Source of the DNA: Eledone cirrhosa
Lineage: Eukaryota
DNA: 64,000 nucleotides
NCBI GenBank assembly: GCA_964016885.1
Contig: CAXHJY010001273.1
Coordinates: 62,001-126,000, forward strand
Direction: 5' to 3'
In this document: positions 51,601 through 60,600 of the stretch, in pieces
How the letters are laid out: every line of letters starts with the position of its first letter
How positions within the stretch are numbered: the stretch's first letter is position 1
Notes under the pieces: model-generated
The model's database searches: none
The model's input: the letters and a program-made list of their open reading frames with translations, nothing else
Told to the model about the DNA's origin: nothing
Position numbers and translations under genes: made by a program

Positions 51601-54600
51601 TGGTGTTGGTGACAGTGGTGGTGTTGGTGTTAGTGGTGACAGTGGTGGTGTTGGTGGCAGTGGTGACATTGGTGGTGTTGGTGTTAGTGGTGACAGTGGT
51701 GGTGTTGGTGGCAGTGGTGACAGTGGTGGTGTTGGTGTTAGTGGTGACAGTGGTGGTGTTGGTGGCAGTGGTGACAGAGGTGGTGTTGGTGGCAGTGGTG
51801 ACAGTGGTGGTGTTGGTGTTAGTGGTGACAGTGGTGGTGTTGGTGTTAGTGGTGACAGTGGTGGTGTTGGTGTTAGTGGTGACAGTGGTGGTGTTGGTGG
51901 CAGTGGTGACAGTGGTGGTGTTGGTGTTAGAGGTGGCAGTGGTGGTGTTGGTGTTAGTGGTGACAGTGGTGGTGTTGGTGTTAGTGGTGACAGTGGTGGT
52001 GTTGGTGTTAGTGGTGACAGTGGTGGTGTTGGTGTTAGAGGTGGCAGTGGTGGTGTTGGTGTTAGTGGTGACAGTGGTGGTGTTGGTGTTAGTGGTGGCA
52101 GTGGTGGTGTTGGTGACAGTGGTGGCAGTGGTGGTGTTGGTGTTAGTGGTGACAGTGGTGGTGTTGGTGACAGTGGTGACAGTGGTGGTGTTGGTGTTAG
52201 TGGTGAGAGTGGTGGTGTTGGTGTTAGTGGTGACAGTGGTGGTGTTGGTGTTAGTGGTGACAGTGGTGGTGTTGGTGTTAGTGGTGACAGTGGTGGTGTT
52301 GGTGTTAGTGGTGACAGTGGTGGTGTTGGTGTTAGAGGTGGCAGTGGTGGTGTTGGTGTTAGTGGTGACAGTGGTGGTGTTGGTGTTAGTGGTGACATTG
52401 GTGGTGTTGGTGTTAATGGTGACAGTGGTGGTGTTGGTGTCAGTGGTGGTTTTGGTGGCAGTGGTGACAGTGGTGGTGTTGGTGTTAGTGGTGACAGTGG
52501 TGGTGTTGGTGTTAGTGGTGACAGTGGTGGTGTTGGTGACAGTGGTGGCAGTGGTGGTGTTGGTGTTAGTGGTGACAGTGGTGGTGTTGGTGGCAGTGGT
52601 GGCAGTGGTGGTGTTGGTGGCAGTGGTGGCAGTGGTGGTGTTGGTGGCAGTGGTGGCAGTGGTGGTGTTGGTGTTAGTGGTGACAGTGGTGGTGTTGGTG
52701 GCAGTGGTGGCAGTGGTGGTGTTGATGGCAGTGGTGACAGTGGTGGTGTTGGTGTTAGTGGTGACAGTGGTGGTGTTGGTGTTAGTGGTGAGAGTGGTGG
52801 TGTTGGTGTTAGTGGTGACAGTGGTGGTGTTGGTGTTAGTGGTGGCAGTGGTGGTGTTGGTGGCAGTGGTGATAGTGGTGGTGTTGGTGGCAGTGGTGAC
52901 AGTGGTGGTGTTGGTGTTAGTGGTGGCAGTGGTGGTGTTGGTGTTAGTGGTGGCAGTGGTGGTGTTGGTGGCAGTGGTGACAGTGGTGGTGTTGGTGTTA
53001 GTGGTGACAGTGGTGGTGTTGGTGGCAGTGGTGACAGTGGTGGTGTTGGTGTTAGTGGTGACAGTGGTGGTGTTGGTGGCAGTGGTGACAGTGGTGGTGT
53101 TGGTGTCAGTGGTGACAGTGGTGGTGTTGGTGTTAGTGGTGGCAGTGGTGGTGTTGGTGTTAGTGGTGACAGTGGTGGTGTTGGTGTTAGTGGTGACAGT
53201 GGTGGTGTTGGTGGCAGTGGTGACAGTGGTGGTGTTGGTGTTAGTGGTGACAGTGGTGGTGTTGGTGTTAGTGGTGACAGTGGTGGTGTTGGTGGCAGTG
53301 GTGACAGTGGTGGTGTTGGTGTCAGTGGTGACAGTGGTGGCGTTGGTGTTAGTGGTGACAGTGGTGGTGTTGGTGTTAGTGGTGGCAGTGGTGGTGTTGG
53401 TGTTAGTGGTGGCAGTGGTGGTGTTGGTGGCAGTGGTGACAGGTGTTGGTGTTAGTGGTGACAGTGGTGGTGTTGGTGGCAGTGGTGACAGTGGTGGTGT
53501 TGGTGTTAGTGGTAACAGTGGTGGCGTTGGTGTTAGTGGTGACAGTGGTGGTGTTGGTGTTAGTGGTGACAGTGGTGGCAGTGGTGTTAGTGGTGACAGT
53601 GGTGGTGGTGGTGTTAGTGGTGGCAGTGGTGGTGTTGGTGTTAGTGGTGACAGTGGTGGTGTTGGTGTTAGTGGTGACAGTGGTGGTGTTGGTGGCAGTG
53701 GTGACAGTGGTGGTGTTGGTGTTAGTGGTGACAGTGGTGGTGTTGGTGGCAGTGGTGACAGTGGTGGTGTTGGTGTCAGTGGTGACAGTGGTGGTGTTGG
53801 TATTAGTGGTGACAGTGGTGGTGTTGGTGTTAGTGGTGACAGTGGTGGTGTTGGTGGCAGTGGTGACAGTGGTGGTGTTGGTGTCAGTGGTGACAGTGGT
53901 GGTGTTGGTGGCAGTAGTGGCAGTGGTGGTGTTGTTGTTAGTGGTGACAGTGGTGGTGGTGGTGTTAGTGGTGACAGTGGTGGTGTTGGTGTTAGTGGTG
54001 ACAGTGGTGGTGTTGGTGTTAGTGGTGACAGTGGTGGTGTTGGTGTCAGTGGTGACAGTGGTGGTGTTGGTGGCAGTGGTGACAGTGGTGGTGTTGGTGT
54101 TAGTGGTGACAGTGGTGGTGTTGGTGGCAGTGGTGACAGTGGTGGTGTTGGTGGCAGTGGTGACAGTGGTGGTGTTGGTGTTAGTGGTGACAGTGGTGGT
54201 GTTGGTGTTAGTGGTGACAGTGGTGGTGTTGGTGTTAGTGGTGACAGTGGTGGTGTTGGTGTTAGTAGTGACAGTGGTGGTGGTGGTGTTAGTGGTGACA
54301 GTGGTGGTGTTGGTGGCAGTGGTGACAGTGGTGGTGTTGGTGTCAGTGGTGACAGTGGTGGTGTTGGTGGCAGTGGTGACAGTGGTGGTGTTGGTGTTAG
54401 TGGTGACAGTGGTGGTGTTGGTGGCAGTGGTGACAGTGGTGGTGTTGGTGGCAGTGGTGACAGTGGTGGTGTTGGTGTTAGTGGTGACAGTGGTGGTGTT
54501 GGTGTTAGTGGTGACAGTGGTGGTGTTGGTGTTAGTGGTGACAGTGGTGGTGTTGGTGGCAGTGGTGACAGTGGTGGTGTTGGTGTTAGTGGTGACAGTG

Positions 54601-57600
54601 GTGGTGTTGGTGGCAGTGGTGACAGTGGTGGTGTTGGTGGCAGTGGTGACAGTGGTGGTGTTGGTGTTAGTGGTGACAGTGGTGGTGTTGGTGTTAGTGG
54701 TGACAGTGGTGGTGTTGGTGTTAGTGGTGAAAGTGGTGGTGTTGGTGGCAGTGGTGACAGTGGTGGTGTTGGTGTTAGAGGTGGCAGTGGTGGTGTTGGT
54801 GTTAGTGGTGACAGTGGTGGTGTTGGTGTTAGTGGTGGTGTTGGTGTTAGTGGTGACAGTGGTGGTGTTGGTGTTAGTGGTGACAGTGGTGGTGTTGGTG
54901 TTAGTGGTGACAGTGGTGGTGTTGGTGTTAGTGGTGACAGTGGTGGTGTTGGTGTTAGAGGTGGCAGTGGTGGTGTTGGTGTTAGTGGTGACAGTGGTGG
55001 TGTTGGTGTTAGTGGTGGCAGTGGTGGTGTTGGTGACAGTGGTGTCAGTGGTGGTGTTGGTGTTAGTGGTGACAGTGGTGGTGTTGGTGACAGTGGTGAC
55101 AGTGGTGGTGTTGGTGTTAGTGGTGACAGTGGTGGTGTTGGTGTTAGTGGTGACAGTGGTGGTGTTGGTGTTAGTGGTGACAGTGGTGGTGTTGGTGTTA
55201 GTGGTGACAGTGGTGGTGTTGGTGTTAGTGGTGACAGTGGTGGTGTTGGTGTTAGAGGTGGCAGTGGTGGTGTTGGTGTTAGTGGTGACAGTGGTGGTGT
55301 TGGTGTTAGTGGTGGCAGTGGTGGTGTTGGTGGCAGTGGTGGCAGTGGTGGTGTTGGTGACAGTGGTGGCAGTGGTGGTGTTGGTGTTAGTGGTGACAGT
55401 GGTGGTGTTGGTGACAGTGGTGGTGTTGGTGTTAGTGGTGACAGTGGTGGTGTTGGTGACAGTGGTGGCAGTGGTGGTGTTGGTGTTAGTGGTGACAGTG
55501 GTGGTGTTGGTGACAGTGGTGGCAGTGGTGGTGTTGGTGTTAGTGGTGACAGTGGTGGTGTTGGTGGCAGTGGTGACAGTGGTGGTGTAGGTGGCAGTGG
55601 TGGTGTTGGTGGCAGTGGTGACAGTGGTGGTGTTGGTGTTAGTGGTGACAGTGGTGGTGTTGGTGTTAGTGGTGACAGTGGTGGTGTTGGTGTTAGTGGT
55701 GACAGTGGTGGTGTTGGTGACAGTGGTGGCAGTGGTGGTGTTGGTGTTAGTGGTGACAGTGGTGGTGTTGGTGGCAGTGGTGGTGTTGGTGGCAGTGGTG
55801 GCAGTGGTGGTGTTGGTGGCAGTGGTGGCAGTGGTGGTGTTGGTGTTAGTGGTGACAGTGGTGGTGTTAGTGGCAGTGGTGACAGTGGTGGTGTTGGTGT
55901 CAGTGTTGACAGTGGTGGTGTTGGTGTTAGTGGTGACAGTGGTGGTGTTGGTGTTAGTGGTGACAGTGGTGGTGTTGGTGGCAGTGGTGACAGTGGTGGT
56001 GTTGGTGTCAGTGGTGACAGTGGTGGTGTTGGTGTTAGTGGTGACAGTGGTGGTGTTGGTGGCAGTAGTGGCAGTGGTGGTGTTGTTGTTAGTGGTGACA
56101 GTGGTGGTGGTGATGTTAGTGGTGACAGTGGTGGTGTTGGTGTTAGTGGTGACAGTGGTGGTGTTGGTGGCAGTGGTGACAGTGGTGGTGTTGGTGGCAG
56201 TGGTGACAGTGGTGGTGTTGGTGTTAGTGGTGACAGTGGTGGTGTTGGTGTTAGTGGTGACAGTGGTGGTGTTGGTGTTAGTGGTGACAGTGGTGGTGTT
56301 GGTGTTAGTGGTGACAGTGGTGGTGGTGGTGTTAGTGGTGACAGTGGTGGTGTTGGTGGCAGTGATGACAGTGGTGGTGTTGGTGTCAGTGGTGACAGTG
56401 GTGGTGTTGTTGGCAGTGGTGACAGTGGTGGTGTTGGTGTTAGTGGTGACAGTGGTGGTGTTGGTGGCAGTGGTGACAGTGGTGGTGTTGGTGGCAGTGG
56501 TGACAGTGGTGGTGTTGGTGTTAGTGGTGACAGTGGTGGTGTTGGTGACAGTGGTGGTGTTGGTGTTAGTGGTGACAGTGGTGGTGTTGGTGTTAGTGGT
56601 GACAGTGGTGGTGTTGGTGTTAGTGGTGACAGTGGTGGTGTTGGTGTTAGTGGTGACAGTGGTGGTGTTGGTGTTAGAGGTGGCAGTGGTGGTGTTGGTG
56701 TTAGTGGTGACAGTGGTGGTGTTGGTGTTAGTGGTGGCAGTGGTGGTGTTGGTGACAGTGGTGGCAGTGGTGGTGTTGGTGTTAGTGGTGACAGTGGTGG
56801 TGTTGGTGACAGTGGTGACAGTGGTGGTGTTGGTGTTAGTTGTGAGAGTGGTGGTGTTGGTGTTAGTGGTGACAGTGGTGGTGTTGGTGTTAGTGGTGAC
56901 AGTGGTGGTGTTGGTGTTAGTGGTGACAGTGGTGGTGTTGGTGTTAGTGGTGACAGTGGTGGTGTTGGTGTTAGTGGTGACAGTGGTGGTGTTGGTGTTA
57001 GAGGTGGCAGTGGTGGTGTTGATGTTAGTGGTGACAGTGGTGGTGTTGGTGTTAGTGGTGACAGTGGTGGTGTTGGTGTTAATGGTGACAGTGGTGGTGT
57101 TGGTGTTAGAGGTGGCAGTGGTGGTGTTGGTGATAGTGGTGACAGTGGTGGTGTTGGTGTTAGTGGTGGCAGTGGTGGTGTTGGTGGCAGTGGTGGCAGT
57201 GGTGGTGTTGGTGACAGTGGTGGCAGTGGTGGTGTTGGTGTTAGTGGTGACAGTGGTGGTGTTGGTGACAGTGGTGGTGTTGGTGTTAGTGGTGACAGTG
57301 GTGGCAGTGGTGGTGTTGGTGTTAGTGGTGACAGTGGTGGTGTTGGTGACAGTGGTGGCAGTGGTGGTGTTGGTGTTAGTGGTGACAGTGGTGGTGTTGG
57401 TGGCAGTGGTGACAGTGGTGGTGTTGGTGTTAGTGGTGACAGTGGTGGTGTTGGTGACAGTGGTGACAGTGGTGGTGTTGGTGGCAGTGGTGGTTTTGGT
57501 GGCAGTGGTGACAGTGGTGGTGTTGGTGTTAGTGGTGACAGTGGTGGTGTTGGTGTTAGTGGTGACAGTGGTGGTGTTGGTGACAGTGGTGGCAGTGGTG

Positions 57601-60600
57601 GTGTTGGTGTTAGTGGTGACAGTGGTGGTGTTGGTGGCAGTGGTGGCAGTGGTGGTGTTGGTGGCAGTGGTGGCAGTGGTGGTGTTGGTGGCAGTGGTGG
57701 CAGTGGTGGTGTTGGTGTTAGTGGTGACAGTGGTGGTGTTGGTGGCAGTGGTGGCAGTGGTGGTGTTGATGGCAGTGGTGACAGTGGTGGTGTTGGTGTT
57801 AGTGGTGACAGTGGTGGTGTTGGTGTTAGTGGTGAGAGTGGTGGTGTTGGTGTTAGTGGTGACAGTGGTGGTGTTGGTGTTAGTGGTGGCAGTGGTGGTG
57901 TTGGTGGCAGTGGTGATAGTGGTGGTGTTGGTGGCAGTGGTGACAGTGGTGGTGTTGGTGTTAGTGGTGGCAGTGGTGGTGTTGGTGTTAGTGGTGGCAG
58001 TGGTGGTGTTGGTGGCAGTGGTGACAGTGGTGGTGTTGGTGTTAGTGGTGACAGTGGTGGTGTTGGTGGCAGTGGTGACAGTGGTGGTGTTGGTGTTAGT
58101 GGTGACAGTGGTGGTGTTGGTGGCAGTGGTGACAGTGGTGGTGTTGGTGTTAGTGGTGGCAGTGGTGGTGTTGGTGTTAGTGGTGACAGTGGTGGTGTTG
58201 GTGTTAGTGGTGACAGTGGTGGTGTTGGTGGCAGTGGTGACAGTGGTGGTGTTGGTGTTAGTGGTGACAGTGGTGGTGTTGGTGTTAGTGGTGACAGTGG
58301 TGGTGTTGGTGGCAGTGGTGACAGTGGTGGTGTTGGTGTCAGTGGTGACAGTGGTGGCGTTGGTGTTAGTGGTGACAGTGGTGGTGTTGGTATTAGTGGT
58401 GACAGTGGTGGTGTTGGTGTTAGTGGTGGCAGTGGTGGTGTTGGTGTCAGTGGTGACAGTGGTGGTGTTGGTGGCAGTGGTGACAGTGGTGGTGTTGGTG
58501 TTAGTGGTGACAGTGGTGGTGTTGGTGGCAGTGGTGACAGTGGTGGTGTTGGTGGCAGTGGTGACAGTGGTGGTGTTGGTGTTAGTGGTGACAGTGGTGG
58601 TGTTGGTGTTAGTGGTGACAGTGGTGGTGTTGGTGTTAGTGGTGACAGTGGTGGTGTTGGTGTTAGTAGTGACAGTGGTGGTGGTGGTGTTAGTGGTGAC
58701 AGTGGTGGTGTTGGTGGCAGTGGTGACAGTGGTGGTGTTGGTGTCAGTGGTGACAGTGGTGGTGTTGGTGGCAGTGGTGACATTGGTGGTGTTGGTGTTA
58801 GTGGTGACAGTGGTGGTGTTGGTGGCAGTGGTGACAGTGGTGGTGTTGGTGGCAGTGGTGACAGTGGTGGTGTTGGTGTTAGTGGTGACAGTGGTGGTGT
58901 TGGTGTTAGTGGTGACAGTGGTGGTGTTGGTGTTAGTGGTGACAGTGGTGGTGTTGGTGGCAGCGGTGACAGTGGTGGTGTTGGTGTTAGTGGTGACAGT
59001 GGTGGTGTTGGTGGCAGTGGTGACAGTGGTGGTGTTGGTGTTAGTGGTGACAGTGGTGGTGTTGGTGGCAGTGGTGACAGTGGTGGTGTTGGTGGCAGTG
59101 GTGACAGTGGTGGTGTTGGTGTTAGTGGTGACAGTGGTGGTGTTGGTGTTAGTGGTGACAGTGGTGGTGTTGGTGTTAGTGGTGAAAGTGGTGGTGTTGG
59201 TGGCAGTGGTGACAGTGGTGGTGTTGGTGTTAGAGGTGGCAGTGGTGGTGTTGGTGTTAGTGGTGACAGTGGTGGTGTTGGTGTTAGTGGTGACAGTGGT
59301 GGTGTTGGTGTTAGTGGTGACAGTGGTGGTGTTGGTGTTAGTGGTGACAGTGGTGGTGTTGGTGTTAGTGGTGACAGTGGTGGTGTTGGTGTTAGAGGTG
59401 GCAGTGGTGGTGTTGGTGTTAGTGGTGACAGTGGTGGTGTTGGTGTTAGTGGTGGCAGTGGTGGTGTTGGTGACAGTGGTGTCAGTGGTGGTGTTGGTGT
59501 TAGTGGTGACAGTGGTGGTGTTGGTGACAGTGGTGACAGTGGTGGTGTTGGTGTTAGTGGTGACAGTGGTGGTGTTGGTGTTAGTGGTGACAGTGGTGGT
59601 GTTGGTGTTAGTGGTGACAGTGGTGGTGTTGGTGTTAGTGGTGACAGTGGTGGTGTTGGTGTTAGTGGTGACAGTGGTGGTGTTGGTGTTAGAGGTGGCA
59701 GTGGTGGTGTTGGTGTTAGTGGTGACAGTGGTGGTGTTGGTGGCAGTGGTGGCAGTGGTGGTGTTGGTGACAGTGGTGGCAGTGGTGGTGTTGGTGTTAG
59801 TGGTGACAGTGGTGGTGTTGGTGACAGTGGTGGTGTTGGTGTTAGTGGTGACAGTGGTGGTGTTGGTGACAGTGGTGGCAGTGGTGGTGTTGGTGTTAGT
59901 GGTGACAGTGGTGGTGTTGGTGACAGTGGTGGCAGTGGTGGTGTTGGTGTTAGTGGTGACAGTGGTGGTGTTGGTGGCAGTGGTGACAGTGGTGGTGTTG
60001 GTGGCAGTGGTGGTGTTGGTGGCAGTGGTGACAGTGGTGGTGTTGGTGTTAGTGGTGACAGTGGTGGTGTTGGTGTTAGTGGTGACAGTGGTGGTGTTGG
60101 TGTTAGTGGTGACAGTGGTGGTGTTGGTGACAGTGGTGGCAGTGGTGGTGTTGGTGTTAGTGGTGACAGTGGTGGTGTTGGTGGCAGTGGTGGCAGTGGT
60201 GGTGTTGGTGGCAGTGGTGGCAGTGGTGGTGTTGGTGGCAGTGGTGGCAGTGGTGGTGTTGGTGTTAGTGGTGACAGTGGTGGTGTTGGTGGCAGTGGTG
60301 GCAGTGGTGGTGTTGGTGGCAGTGGTGACAGTGGTGGTGTTGGTGTTAGTGGTGACAGTGGTGGTGTTGGTGTTAGTGGTGACAGTGGTGGTGTTGGTGT
60401 TAGTGGTGACAGTGGTGGTGTTGGTGACAGTGGTGGCAGTGGTGGTGTTGGTGTTAGTGGTGACAGTGGTGGTGTTGGTGGCAGTGGTGGCAGTGGTGGT
60501 GTTGGTGGCAGTGGTGGCAGTGGTGGTGTTGGTGGCAGTGGTGACAGTGGTGGTATTGGTGTTAGTGGTGGTGTTGGTGTTAGTGGTGACAGTGGTGGTG

